A stretch of 64,000 nucleotides of DNA from an uncultured Syntrophomonadaceae bacterium (lineage in GTDB: Bacteria > Bacillota > Dethiobacteria > DTU022), in the NCBI GenBank assembly GCA_964436815.1, contig CAYTER010000001.1, positions 11,630-75,629 on the forward strand. Direction: 5' to 3'. Shown one piece after another: positions 1 through 9,522 of the stretch (positions are counted from its first letter, which is position 1; every line of letters starts with the position of its first letter). The translations under genes were made by a program, and so were the position numbers. The notes below the pieces were generated by a model. It had not been told where the DNA came from and did no database searches. It was given only the letters and a program-made list of their open reading frames with translations.

Positions 1-330
1 GGCGAAGCCGCTAACAGGGTTTATGCCCTTGATCAGGCCGGGATCATAAAAGGAAAAGTACTTTTTGAAGGCTACCAGCCGCCTGATCCGGCGATGGTTG
101 CCATAAAAAGGTTTCCTAAAATCGAAGGTGCGGCGGCGCTGACCAAGGTTCCTGTTAACCGGGACGGAAGTTACCAGTGCCTGGTAAGTTATCAGGATCG
201 CTTTCAAATCAGCATCGAAGAAGAAGGACGCCAGTATGTTTATGATCAAAATGAAGGTAAAGGTTACCGGCTGGAGCCACAGGAAGTTCTTGAACGAAGT
301 TACCTCCTGGTGCCTGACCAGGAAGCGTAG
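1..330 (+). CDS. 3' end of a CDS that begins upstream of the window; hypothetical protein
   Basis: Frame 1 is open from nt 1 to the stop at 328-330. Track ORF 94..330 is its C-terminal part. No recognisable motif. Confidence 0.35.
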   Translation, partial: GEAANRVYALDQAGIIKGKVLFEGYQPPDPAMVAIKRFPKIEGAAALTKVPVNRDGSYQCLVSYQDRFQISIEEEGRQYVYDQNEGKGYRLEPQEVLERSYLLVPDQEA

Positions 331-347
331 AGGCAGGCGGAATAAAA

Positions 348-1373
348 ATGAACAAGATCCGTTTAATCAAAGCCAAAGGCAGCAATTACGATCTCGGATT
401 TACTGTTGGCCGGGAAGCCAAAGACTTGATTGAAAAAGCGATTAACAGTTACCGTCGCTTTCTTCCCCGGGAAGAAGGCTGGTCTGAAAAGTGGTTGTTG
501 CCGGCCGGTTTTCCGGAAGCTGCCATTAAGCATTTCCCGCATCTCGTAGAAGAGCTGCAGGGTATGGCTGACGGTTCTAAACTGGATTTTTCTGACCTCT
601 TCTTTTTGAATGCTCTTGAGGAAGCCCTTGATTTGAAACCGCCTTCAGCCTGCACTTCGATTGCCCTCTCCAACCACAACCGTGTGCTGCTGGGCCACAA
701 TGAAGACTGGTATGCAGACGACGAGGAAACAGTTGTGGCGATCTATGGGCAACCCCTTGGCAAGCCGGCTTTTCTCAGTATTACTGCTGCGCCATTTCTT
801 GCCGCCGTGGGGATGAACGAAGCAGGTATAGCCCAGGGTGTAAATTCTGTTACCTCCACCGACTGCCGGATAGGCGTGCCGCGTATGTTCTCCGCACGCG
901 CTGTGCTGGAGGCCGGAACGATCGAAGAGGCAATAAAGCTGGCTACCCCTGGAGAAAGAGCGGGCGGTTACAATCACTTGCTGGCTTCGGCCAGCGGAAA
1001 AACAGGCAACCTGGAAACAACCGCAACCGAATCGGATTTCCTGGCCGGAAAGAACATTACTTGCCACACCAACCATTACCTGAGTGATAAGTTGAGCAAT
1101 CTTACAGTGCAGGGAACAGATCATTCCCTGACCCGTTACCGGAGGCTGATAGAACTGGGTAAAGCAGAAATCAAGGCGGGTGAAGAATGGCAGGCTTTGT
1201 CAGGGATGTTGGCCGACCATGAAAACCGGCCACTTTCGATCTGTAAACATGCTGCCGAACAAAAGAGCAATGAGGGAACAATCTTTTCGGTAATATTTGA
1301 TTTGAAATTATTCAAGACATGGGTTGCTGTCGGCAACCCCTGTGGTAACATATACAGTGAGATAATCATATAA
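348..1373 (+). CDS. C45-family peptidase / acyl-CoA:6-aminopenicillanic-acid acyltransferase-like linear amide hydrolase
   Basis: 341 aa. Has the motif SACTSIALSNHNRVLLGHNEDW typical of the Ntn-hydrolase C45 family. RBS-like sequence upstream. Confidence 0.65.
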   Translation: MNKIRLIKAKGSNYDLGFTVGREAKDLIEKAINSYRRFLPREEGWSEKWLLPAGFPEAAIKHFPHLVEELQGMADGSKLDFSDLFFLNALEEALDLKPPSACTSIALSNHNRVLLGHNEDWYADDEETVVAIYGQPLGKPAFLSITAAPFLAAVGMNEAGIAQGVNSVTSTDCRIGVPRMFSARAVLEAGTIEEAIKLATPGERAGGYNHLLASASGKTGNLETTATESDFLAGKNITCHTNHYLSDKLSNLTVQGTDHSLTRYRRLIELGKAEIKAGEEWQALSGMLADHENRPLSICKHAAEQKSNEGTIFSVIFDLKLFKTWVAVGNPCGNIYSEIII

Positions 1374-1380
1374 AAAGGCG

Positions 1381-2568
1381 GTGATTGGTGGTATGACAGA
1401 GCTCACTGCAATTAAAGATAAGATAAATCAGGAAAAAAACAAGTTAATCGAGATAGCGCGGTCCATACACAGCAGACCGGAGCTCGGTGGGCAGGAGTTT
1501 TTCGCCGCCGCACAGCTGACCGGTTACCTGGAGGAAAAAGGTTTTAAAGTCTGGCGAGGTGTTGGCGGTTTAAAAACCGCTTTTATGGCCAGCTACGGTG
1601 AAAGCGGCTACCATGTGGGTTTCTGTTCCGAGTATGATGCCCTGCCTGATATCGGGCATGGCTGCGGTCACAACCTGATTGCCGTTGCCGGAGTTGCCGC
1701 CGGGGTTGCTCTCGCTGCAGCTATAAAGGATCAGCCCGGGCGGGTTTCGATTATCGGCACACCGGACGAAGAAGATCACGGCGGGAAAGTTGACCTGGTG
1801 AGGGCAGGCGTGTTCGATGATATTGATGCGGCGCTGATGTTCCATCCCGGTTGTTCAACCAACTTCCATGTGGAATCTTTAGCCTGTCGCGACTTCCGCT
1901 TAATCTTCCATGGACGCAGCGCCCATGCTTCCAGTGAACCGTGGGAAGGGCAGAATGCTCTTGATGCGGTAATTCAAACTTTTAACGGGATCAATGCCCT
2001 GCGCCAGCACCTCAAGGATGATGCGCGCATCCATGGTATTATTTCCGAGGGAGGACTGGCGCCCAACGTTATTCCTGATCGCGCTGCAGCAGATTTCATT
2101 ATCAGATCCCGTGAAAGCGGCTATCTTGACGAAGTTGTGGAAAAGGTCCTGGCCTGTGCCCGTGGAGCGGCGATAGCGACTAATACCAGTCTCGAGGTTG
2201 TGGAATCAGGATATCCTTACGATGCAATGATCAGTAACCGGGCCCTGGCCGATATTTTTGCCGAAAGTCTGAAAGAGGCCGGCTACGCTATTGACTCGCC
2301 CCATGAAGAAGGACGCGGTTCAATTGATATGGGGAATGTAAGCCGGGTAACACCCTCAATCCATCCGATCGTGGCCATTACCGACCAGTGGGTTACCGGC
2401 CATACCCGTGAATTTACAGCGCTTTGCGATACTGACGAAGCTTATGAAGTGATGCTCAGGGTAGGAGAAGCAATGGCCCTTACCGGCTTTAAGGCGATCA
2501 CCGACTTGGAAGTGCAAGCTAAAGTCAGAAAAGAATTTGAAAGAGCGGCTAAAAAACCTGTTAATTAA
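1381..2568 (+). CDS. M20-family amidohydrolase (AbgB/hippurate-hydrolase-like)
   Basis: 395 aa. Metal-binding motif GHGCGHNL and overall M20D architecture. Confidence 0.7.
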   Translation: MIGGMTELTAIKDKINQEKNKLIEIARSIHSRPELGGQEFFAAAQLTGYLEEKGFKVWRGVGGLKTAFMASYGESGYHVGFCSEYDALPDIGHGCGHNLIAVAGVAAGVALAAAIKDQPGRVSIIGTPDEEDHGGKVDLVRAGVFDDIDAALMFHPGCSTNFHVESLACRDFRLIFHGRSAHASSEPWEGQNALDAVIQTFNGINALRQHLKDDARIHGIISEGGLAPNVIPDRAAADFIIRSRESGYLDEVVEKVLACARGAAIATNTSLEVVESGYPYDAMISNRALADIFAESLKEAGYAIDSPHEEGRGSIDMGNVSRVTPSIHPIVAITDQWVTGHTREFTALCDTDEAYEVMLRVGEAMALTGFKAITDLEVQAKVRKEFERAAKKPVN

Positions 2569-2603
2569 GGATATAGCTTGTTAAAGCGGAGGAAAGTGAA
2601 CTG

Positions 2604-3584
2604 ATGCCGGAAACAATTGTAGAACAAATCAGGGAGAATCTTTATCGCGCGGAAATACCCCTGCCCCGAAATCCGCTCAAGGCTACCAACTCTTACATTA
2701 TTAAGAGCGACAAACGTAACCTGGTAATTGATACCGGCCTGAATCGTGACGAATGCAAAGCAGCTCTGACCGATGCCTTGCGCCAACTGAATATTGATCT
2801 TGCGCGAACTGATTTTTTTGTAACCCACATGCATGCCGATCATATTGGCCTGGTGGCCGAATATGCTGACGAAGGCGCAGCGATCTATTTTAATGAACCT
2901 GATGCTGATATTCTGATGCGCCCTGACTTATGGGAGCTGGTCCGCTCCCTGGCCGGCAAGCATGGTTTTCCCGAAGGGCTGGTTGATGCCGCCATTGATT
3001 CCCATCCGGGTCAGCGCTATAAGCCCATAGATCCGGTTGATTTTACCATGGTTGCAGACGGAGACCTGATCAGCTACGGGGATTACGAATTAATTTGTAT
3101 TAATACACCGGGACATACCCGCGGGCATACCTGTCTTTATGAGCCTCATTACAGGTTGTTTTTTTCCGGTGACCATATAATCGGTGAGATAACCCCAAAT
3201 ATATCGACCTGGCTCGAAGACAGCAACCCTCTTGGCGAATATTTTAAAAGCCTGGAACGGGTTTACCAGATGGATATTGAATTAACTTTACCCGGACATC
3301 GCAGTTTAATTCACGACAGCAGAAAAAGAATTGATCAGATCAGAGAACATCACCGCTTCCGCCTGGATGAGACCCTGAAGATCGTGAAGGAAAGAGGACC
3401 CTGCAGTGCTTTTACAGTTGCCTCAGGGATGACCTGGGATTTAATTGCTGATAACTGGGAAGCTTATCCGCTAATGCAGAAGTGGTTTGCCACCGGAGAA
3501 GCCCTGGCCCACATTCATTACCTGGAGCACGATGGTCAGCTTAAGCGCAGTTTAGAGGGAGAAACACTTATATTCTCAGCCTGA
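2604..3584 (+). CDS. MBL-fold metallo-hydrolase
   Basis: 326 aa. HxHxDH motif (THMHADHIG) and the later His/Asp ligands. Confidence 0.75.
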   Translation: MPETIVEQIRENLYRAEIPLPRNPLKATNSYIIKSDKRNLVIDTGLNRDECKAALTDALRQLNIDLARTDFFVTHMHADHIGLVAEYADEGAAIYFNEPDADILMRPDLWELVRSLAGKHGFPEGLVDAAIDSHPGQRYKPIDPVDFTMVADGDLISYGDYELICINTPGHTRGHTCLYEPHYRLFFSGDHIIGEITPNISTWLEDSNPLGEYFKSLERVYQMDIELTLPGHRSLIHDSRKRIDQIREHHRFRLDETLKIVKERGPCSAFTVASGMTWDLIADNWEAYPLMQKWFATGEALAHIHYLEHDGQLKRSLEGETLIFSA

Positions 3585-3645
3585 CAGGCAGATTCGCAGG
3601 TCTGACTTCAGCCCGGGGGAGGAACTAGCAATCAAAAAATATATC

Positions 3646-5127
3646 TTGTCAATCGACCAGGGGACTACCGGTACGACAGCGATACTTTGGAACAAAGAAG
3701 GGGTAGCTGTCTGCCGCAACAACCGGGAACACCGGCAGTATTATCCCCAACCCGGCTGGGTTGAGCATAATGCCGGGGAGATCTGGGAAAATGTATTGTT
3801 TGTTATTAAAGATATTCTGGGACAATCCGGCGCTAAAGCGGCTGATATTGCTGCAATCGGTATTACTAACCAGAGGGAGACAGTTGTTTTCTGGGATCGA
3901 AAAACCGGGGCGCCTCTTTCCCGGGCTATAGTCTGGCAATGCCGCCGGACTGCCGACTACTGCCGCCGTCTAAAGGAAGAAGGTCATGAAGAAATAATCC
4001 GTCGGAAAACCGGGTTACTGCTGGATCCCTATTTTTCCGGGACGAAAATTAACTGGGCGCTTGAAAATATAAAAGCAGTGAGCGAGGCTATGACAAAAGG
4101 CACGCTCTGCTGCGGCACTATTGACAGCTACCTCCTGTTCCGTCTGACCGGAGGCCGGGTTTTTGCTACCGACTACAGCAATGCTTCCCGCACCCTGCTC
4201 TATAACATCCACGAACTTAAGTGGGATAAAGATCTGCTTGCGATTTTCAATATTTCGCGGGACATTTTGCCGGAAGTCCTGCCAAGCAGTGTAATCTATG
4301 GTGATACAGTGCCGGAGCTGTTTTCCGGTTGTAATATTCCGATTGGCGGGATAGCCGGCGATCAGCAGGCAGCGCTATTCGGTCAGGCCTGCTTTGAACC
4401 GGGAATGACCAAGAACACCTACGGCACCGGCTGCTTTTTACTGATGAACACTGGCAATAAGGCCGTTTCCTCAAAACACGGTTTGCTGACCACGATCGCC
4501 TGGGGGCTGCATGGCAGAGTTGAATATGCCCTGGAGGGCAGTATATTTATCACCGGCGCTGCTGTTCAGTGGTTGCGAGACGGCCTGGGGTTGATTGAAC
4601 AATCATCAGAACTTGAGGGGCTGGCAGAACAGGTTCCCGACAATGGCGGCGTTTATCTGGTGCCGGCCTTTGCCGGCCTTGGCGCCCCTTACTGGGATCC
4701 TTATGCCCGGGGGCTGATCATTGGTATAACCGGTGGGACTACCAGGGCTCATATCGGCAGAGCGGTTGTGGAAGCAATGGCTTACCAGACCCGTGATGTT
4801 CTTGAAGTAATGCATCGTGACGCCGAACTCCCTGTGAAAGAACTGCGGGTAGACGGCGGGGCCAGTGTAATGGATTTACTCCTGCAGTTTCAGGCAGATA
4901 TAACCGGTACCCCTGTGCGCCGATCGTCCACCTTTGACACAACAGCGCTGGGTGCTGCTTATCTGGCCGGTCTGGCCTGCGGGTTCTGGGACAATCTGAG
5001 TGAGTTGAGCGGCAAGTGGAAAGGCAGCGCCTGCTTTGAACCGCAGATGGATAACGCTGTGCGGGATAAACTATATGCGGGTTGGCAGCAGGCGGTTAAA
5101 CGTTCGCTTGGCTGGGCTGACGGGTAA
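3646..5127 (+). CDS. glpK: Glycerol kinase
   Basis: 493 aa. DQGTT N-terminus and FGQ.CFE.GM.KNTYGTGCF signature of the FGGY kinases. Start annotated at TTG 3646. The conserved KKYIL lies in frame upstream with no canonical start (see findings). Confidence 0.9.
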   Translation: MSIDQGTTGTTAILWNKEGVAVCRNNREHRQYYPQPGWVEHNAGEIWENVLFVIKDILGQSGAKAADIAAIGITNQRETVVFWDRKTGAPLSRAIVWQCRRTADYCRRLKEEGHEEIIRRKTGLLLDPYFSGTKINWALENIKAVSEAMTKGTLCCGTIDSYLLFRLTGGRVFATDYSNASRTLLYNIHELKWDKDLLAIFNISRDILPEVLPSSVIYGDTVPELFSGCNIPIGGIAGDQQAALFGQACFEPGMTKNTYGTGCFLLMNTGNKAVSSKHGLLTTIAWGLHGRVEYALEGSIFITGAAVQWLRDGLGLIEQSSELEGLAEQVPDNGGVYLVPAFAGLGAPYWDPYARGLIIGITGGTTRAHIGRAVVEAMAYQTRDVLEVMHRDAELPVKELRVDGGASVMDLLLQFQADITGTPVRRSSTFDTTALGAAYLAGLACGFWDNLSELSGKWKGSACFEPQMDNAVRDKLYAGWQQAVKRSLGWADG

Positions 5128-5151
5128 CTGTCATATTTATTTAGCCTGTTA

Positions 5152-5790
5152 TTATTCAGCAGAGGGCTCTGCAGCAGTTAGAAGAGTCGCTCCCTGGCCG
5201 TTGTTGTCACCCGGGGAAAAAAGACCGCCTGAGATAATGACTTTCATGCCTTCTTCCACGCTCATCTTAAGTTCGATTACTTCATGGCGGGGAGCGAGGA
5301 TCAGCATTCCCGAGGTAGGATTGGGGGTAGTCGGTACGAACACATTGACTGTTTCCTCCTCTGTTTTTTCCTGGATTTCACCCCGTGAATGGCCGGTTAC
5401 AAAACCGAGCACATAGAGGCCTTTGCGCGGGTATTCAAGCAGCACTACCTGCTGAAAAGCGTTCTTACCCTGCACTGTAAAGGCATCGATGATCTGTTTG
5501 GCGCTGCTGTAGATGCCGCGGGTGATCGGCACCCTCTGGAAAAGCCGGTCAAAAAAATTGATTAACCGGTTGCCGATAATATTAGAGGCGATAAAGCCGA
5601 CCAGTAGAATTAAGAGCAGCCCGGCGGCAAAACCAACACCTGGTAGATGAAAGTTAAAAAGGGCCTTAATCAGATCACCAACCAGGTTATCCAGGAAGTT
5701 AAATATAACATAGAAAACATAGATTGTTACCGCCAGCGGCATGATCGTCAGCAAGCCGGTAGTAAATATAGTTTTTAATTTCATGATCAT
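5152..5790 (-). CDS. DUF502-family membrane protein
   Basis: 212 aa. Two N-terminal TM helices and the conserved DUF502 core. Confidence 0.55.
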   Translation of the reverse strand: MIMKLKTIFTTGLLTIMPLAVTIYVFYVIFNFLDNLVGDLIKALFNFHLPGVGFAAGLLLILLVGFIASNIIGNRLINFFDRLFQRVPITRGIYSSAKQIIDAFTVQGKNAFQQVVLLEYPRKGLYVLGFVTGHSRGEIQEKTEEETVNVFVPTTPNPTSGMLILAPRHEVIELKMSVEEGMKVIISGGLFSPGDNNGQGATLLTAAEPSAE

Positions 5791-5940
5791 TATCCTTTTT
5801 TAGGTTATGAGCGCTCTTTAATTCTATCAGCACAACTTATGCTGTCAACTGTGTGCTGGGATGATCAGCGGGTCGGTCAATTGCTTTTTCCAGTCAGGGC
5901 AGGTGAAATAGTGGTCTCTTTCGGAAAAACAGGAATTAGA

Positions 5941-6447
5941 ATGATAACCATATGCCGGACGGTCTTCTTAATCGTCTTGTTTGGCGTAACGATCTTAACC
6001 GGTTGCACCCCCAGTCAGAATGCTCCTGCGGGGCAGGCCTTAGAAGAGGTGCGCATTAAAGGTGTCACGTTCAAACTGGAACTGGCGCTTACCCCTGAGG
6101 AGCGGGCGCAGGGCTTGATGGGCCGGAATCAGATCGCCGAAGATGGCGGTATGCTTTTCGTTTTTCCCGACAATCAACATTATCCTGCCGAACTTAGCTT
6201 TTGGATGAAAAACTGCCTGGTGCCGATTGATTTAATCTTTCTTGATCCGGCCGGCCGTATCGTAGCCATTCATGAGATGGAACCACCGCCGGCGGACACC
6301 CCCGATCGGGAGCTTGCTGTCTATGCAAGCGGCGCTCCGGCCCAGTATGCCATCGAACTAAAAGGCGGGCGCGCTGCCACCCTCGGCCTGCGGGTAGGGG
6401 AAACAATCGCGCTTCGCTTTGGCGAGCTTTTAAAGCAGGCAGAATAA
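5941..6447 (+). CDS. DUF192-domain lipoprotein
   Basis: DUF192 core (GLMGR...GMLFVF...IDLIFLD). The internal ATG at 5941 gives a signal peptide with lipobox LTGC. The track ORF starts earlier at 5839. Confidence 0.6.
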   Translation: MITICRTVFLIVLFGVTILTGCTPSQNAPAGQALEEVRIKGVTFKLELALTPEERAQGLMGRNQIAEDGGMLFVFPDNQHYPAELSFWMKNCLVPIDLIFLDPAGRIVAIHEMEPPPADTPDRELAVYASGAPAQYAIELKGGRAATLGLRVGETIALRFGELLKQAE

Positions 6448-6520
6448 CTGTTTATGTTTGGCAGGATGCCCGAGGCGTTTGAGTTGGTTGTCGGTGAAAT
6501 ACAGTTAAAGGGCATAATAA

Positions 6521-6595
6521 TGGCTGGGGCGGTAGGATTCGAACCTACGAATGCGGGATCCAAAGTCCCGTGCCTTACCGCTTGGCCACACCCCA
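6521..6595 (-). tRNA. tRNA-Gln (anticodon TTG)
   Basis: The reverse complement folds as a cloverleaf: acceptor TGGGGTG/CGCCCCA, anticodon arm CGGGA-CTTTGGA-TCCCG, T-loop GGTTCGAATCC, encoded CCA. Confidence 0.85.
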
Positions 6596-6636
6596 GCGCC
6601 AAAAATCTTAATTTATGTGGTTGAAAATATATAAGA

Positions 6637-6714
6637 TGGGGTGAGTGATGGGACTCGAACCCACGGCCTCCAGGGCCACAACCTGGCGCTCTAACCGACT
6701 GAGCTACACCCACC
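6637..6714 (-). tRNA. tRNA-His (anticodon GTG) with encoded G-1 and CCA
   Basis: The reverse complement is GGTGGGTG...CCAGG-TTGTGGC-CCTGG...GGTTCGAGTCC...CACTCACCCCA. The extra 5' G pairs with discriminator C, which is characteristic of tRNA-His. Confidence 0.85.
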
Positions 6715-6733
6715 ATCTTCTGTTGCGCTGTTC

Positions 6734-6762
6734 ATTTTAGCACGCCGTCTATAAAAAGTCAA
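6734..6762 (-). promoter_or_regulatory. Sigma-70-type promoter for the tRNA-His/tRNA-Gln pair
   Basis: On the minus strand: TTGACT, a 17-nt spacer, then TAAAAT. The predicted start is about 13 nt upstream of tRNA-His. Confidence 0.45.
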
Positions 6763-6866
6763 CGGCGCCGGGCCTTGAGAATTAAGAGCTACCAAGCAGG
6801 AGTGGTCTGATTTACAAAGAAGTAATCTACTGTAAAAAATGAATAAACGCAAAGGGAGTGTTTATT

Positions 6867-7625
6867 ATGCGCATGATCAGCGGCAGACTGATTGTCGGTC
6901 TGGCAATACTTGTAATCGGTGTTCTGCTATTACTTAACAATTTAAACGTTGGAATCCAGTTTAACATCAGGGAACTTCTGCGCTACTGGCCGGTCATACC
7001 AATTATTCTCGGCCTTAACTGGCTTTTTCTTTCCTTCGGTTCACAATCAACGGCTGATGGGCGTAAGGCCTACTTTTCATGGGGGCAATTTATCACCGCT
7101 CTTATTGTCCTGGCGATTGGTGTCATTTACCTGGGCCGAAATCTGGGCCTTTTCAGTTTTGACACCGCTATTTTTTGGAATATGATCTGGCCGCTGGTCC
7201 TGATCATGATCGGTATCAGTCTGTTGCGGGGCCGGTCGTTAAGCAGCGGCGGCCCGGGTCGTTTTACAATCATGAGTGGCAGTAAAATCGGCGGCAGTCA
7301 ACCCTGGAAGCTGGAAAGCGGGAGCTACTTTGCCCTGATGGGGGGAATCGAAATGGATCTTACGGCAGCCGAACTGGCAGAAGGAGAAACGATCCTTGAC
7401 CTGACTGCAATCATGGGTGGAATTGAAGTGAGAGTGCCCCAGGGGATGCCGGTGATCTGTGACGGTTCAGCGATTTTGGGAGGGGTTTCTTTTTTAGGTC
7501 AGGAAGATGGAGGTCTAGTTGGCGGTCGCCGGTTTGAAACAAATACTTCCGCTAGTGCTGAAAAAGTGGTTCGAATCCAGGCGCGGGCGATAATGGGTGG
7601 AGTGGAAATTAAAGAAGCCAGGTAG
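6867..7625 (+). CDS. Membrane protein with a LiaF-like (DUF2154-like) C-terminal domain
   Basis: About four N-terminal TM helices, then a Gly-rich beta-type C-terminal domain (GGIEVRVPQG...GGVEIKE). RBS AAGGGAG lies 9 nt before ATG 6867. Confidence 0.45.
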   Translation: MRMISGRLIVGLAILVIGVLLLLNNLNVGIQFNIRELLRYWPVIPIILGLNWLFLSFGSQSTADGRKAYFSWGQFITALIVLAIGVIYLGRNLGLFSFDTAIFWNMIWPLVLIMIGISLLRGRSLSSGGPGRFTIMSGSKIGGSQPWKLESGSYFALMGGIEMDLTAAELAEGETILDLTAIMGGIEVRVPQGMPVICDGSAILGGVSFLGQEDGGLVGGRRFETNTSASAEKVVRIQARAIMGGVEIKEAR

Positions 7626-7627
7626 GG

Positions 7628-9166
7628 CTAAATACCGGCTACCCTGTTTTTCAGGGCGGCAAATACTTTTTCATCCGGCAGCTCGGGTCTGAGTTGCCGG
7701 ATCTGTTTCAGGCAGATTCCAGCGCCATAATCCATACCCTGGCAACCGGCCAGGAGCAGAACATCCCCGGGACCAGTTTCTGAAAGCCCACGCTCAACTG
7801 CTTTTTCCAACTGCGGATAGATTTCAGTCTGCAAACCGGCAGCATTCATGACAGTCATGTAAACTTCCAGTTCCTCTTCGGTTACCAGGTCTTTACTGCC
7901 GACATAATCGGTGCTGGTAGTGGCAATAACTTTATCCAGTTTCAGTTTGGTTGCCCACCGGACAATCGCTTCGGCATTCTCACGGTTGACCGTTACCCCC
8001 CGGCTGCCCCTGATTGCATAGACCAGGTGCAGCTTTTTATAGTTCATCATTTGCAGGGTTTCCAGGGTCACATCGATGTTGCCGCTGTTGGCGAAGTGGT
8101 CGTCAAGGACCATAAAATCATCCTCGAAGATCAGCTCAAAGCGCCTTTCCACGCCCCTGAAGGTTTTTAGAGCCTTCCGGATTGTAGCTGCCGGTATGCC
8201 CTGAACCAGGGCTACAAGAATAGCGGCCATGGCATTGTAAACACTATGCAGGCCAAGGACAGAAAGTTCCACCGGGAAAGTCTGTGGTTGGGTTTTGAGG
8301 ATGGCCGCGGGAGCATCCGGAGTCAGCTCAACATCAAAGAAAGCTCGTCCACTGCTTAAATCAAGGTTGCGGACCAGGCAGTCTGCTTTTTTACCCTTTA
8401 GCGCATAGGTAAAAGTATTTGCTTTTGTTTCATTTTTTAGGGCAGCGGTATATGGACAATCGAGGTTTAATACAGCCCACTGGTTCGCTGTGGCTTCCCG
8501 TACCAGGCGGCTTTTAGCCCGGTAGTAAGCTTCAAAAGAACCGTGCAAGTCGATATGCTCCCGGCTGATGTTATTGATCACAACAGTGTTAAAGTCAGCG
8601 TAACCTACCCGGTTCAATTCCAACCCCGATGAGGACACTTCCATGACTGCATGGCTGATCTTATTTTCAGCCATCTCGCTGAAATAACGGTGAAGATCAA
8701 GGGATTCAGGTGTTGTCAACTCGGCCGCCCGTATTTTTTCTCCGGTTTTAACTACAACTGTCCCGATTAGTCCTGTCTTAAAACCATGTTCTTCAAATAT
8801 TCTGTTAATCATGTAAGTGGTTGATGTTTTGCCATTGGTTGCCGTTACTCCGGTCAGATTGAAACGCCGCGACGGATGATCATAATAGCAGTCGGCAAGA
8901 GCCGCCAGGGCCAGACGGCTGTCTGCAACCTTATATTGAGGGATGGAGATATTGTCCTGAAAATACTCAACGACCGCAGCAACAGCACCGTTCTTGATCG
9001 CTGCAGGCAGGAATAGATGCCCGTCAGTTTTATAGCCCCTGATGCAGACAAAGAGCGTACCCGGTTTTACCTGCTCCGAATGATAGGCCAGCCCGGTTAT
9101 CGGGCTGGACTGGCCCGGTTTTTGGTCAATTATTGACAGGACATGGAGTAAATTTTTATCAGCCAA
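7628..9166 (-). CDS. Mur ligase family protein, MurE-like (UDP-MurNAc-tripeptide synthetase paralog?)
   Basis: 512 aa. MurE-type N-terminal domain, P-loop GVTATNGKTSTT, and a central Mur ligase domain. The C-terminal domain is divergent. Not in a dcw cluster. Confidence 0.6.
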   Translation of the reverse strand: MADKNLLHVLSIIDQKPGQSSPITGLAYHSEQVKPGTLFVCIRGYKTDGHLFLPAAIKNGAVAAVVEYFQDNISIPQYKVADSRLALAALADCYYDHPSRRFNLTGVTATNGKTSTTYMINRIFEEHGFKTGLIGTVVVKTGEKIRAAELTTPESLDLHRYFSEMAENKISHAVMEVSSSGLELNRVGYADFNTVVINNISREHIDLHGSFEAYYRAKSRLVREATANQWAVLNLDCPYTAALKNETKANTFTYALKGKKADCLVRNLDLSSGRAFFDVELTPDAPAAILKTQPQTFPVELSVLGLHSVYNAMAAILVALVQGIPAATIRKALKTFRGVERRFELIFEDDFMVLDDHFANSGNIDVTLETLQMMNYKKLHLVYAIRGSRGVTVNRENAEAIVRWATKLKLDKVIATTSTDYVGSKDLVTEEELEVYMTVMNAAGLQTEIYPQLEKAVERGLSETGPGDVLLLAGCQGMDYGAGICLKQIRQLRPELPDEKVFAALKNRVAGI

Positions 9167-9275
9167 GAGCGATCAACAACCTTTTATCTATTTATCGAAG
9201 AGCTGTTATCTAAATTAATTCGGCGATGAGGCAAAAAATCCTTTTACCGCCAGGGAAGGTATGCCGTTGTAAGCC

Positions 9276-9311
9276 GGTGAAAATAAAGAGACCCGTCAGT
9301 TGACAGGTCTC
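9276..9311 (-). terminator. Rho-independent terminator of the ferredoxin gene
   Basis: Minus strand: GAGACCTGTCAACTGACGGGTCTC hairpin followed by TTTATTTTC. Confidence 0.55.
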
Positions 9312-9339
9312 ATCATTGTTTGTGAAGAGTTAAGTCTTG

Positions 9340-9522
9340 TTAGCTTACTTCAATAGACTCAGTCGGGCATTCCTCGGCTGCTTCACGGACTTTTTCTTCA
9401 AACTCTGCCGGTACCGGATTTACTTTAACTTCGGCTTTTTCATCACCCAGCTCAAAAACCTCCGGGCAGATGTCTTCGCAGATACCGCATGCGCTGCAAT
9501 CGTCGTTTACTTTAACCTCCAT
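9340..9522 (-). CDS. Small single-cluster [4Fe-4S]/[3Fe-4S] ferredoxin
   Basis: 60 aa. CxxCxxC...CP motif (CSACGICEDICP ... CP), with an acidic C-terminal tail. Confidence 0.85.
   Translation of the reverse strand: MEVKVNDDCSACGICEDICPEVFELGDEKAEVKVNPVPAEFEEKVREAAEECPTESIEVS

Noticed and set aside
645-1124. Antisense ORFs inside the C45 peptidase gene. Similar shadow ORFs occur inside fadN, tig, lon, AOR, valS, rnfC and the antiporter genes.
   Set aside because: These are typical shadow ORFs opposite long, well-supported CDSs, with no independent signals.
5128-5175. Palindrome GCAGAGGGCTCTGC between glpK and the DUF502 gene, considered as a bidirectional terminator
   Set aside because: It lies inside the C-terminal coding sequence of the DUF502 gene and has no flanking T-run on either strand.
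6321-6716. 131-aa minus-strand ORF in the six-frame track
   Set aside because: It is a read-through translation of the tRNA-Gln and tRNA-His genes and the spacer, not a protein gene.
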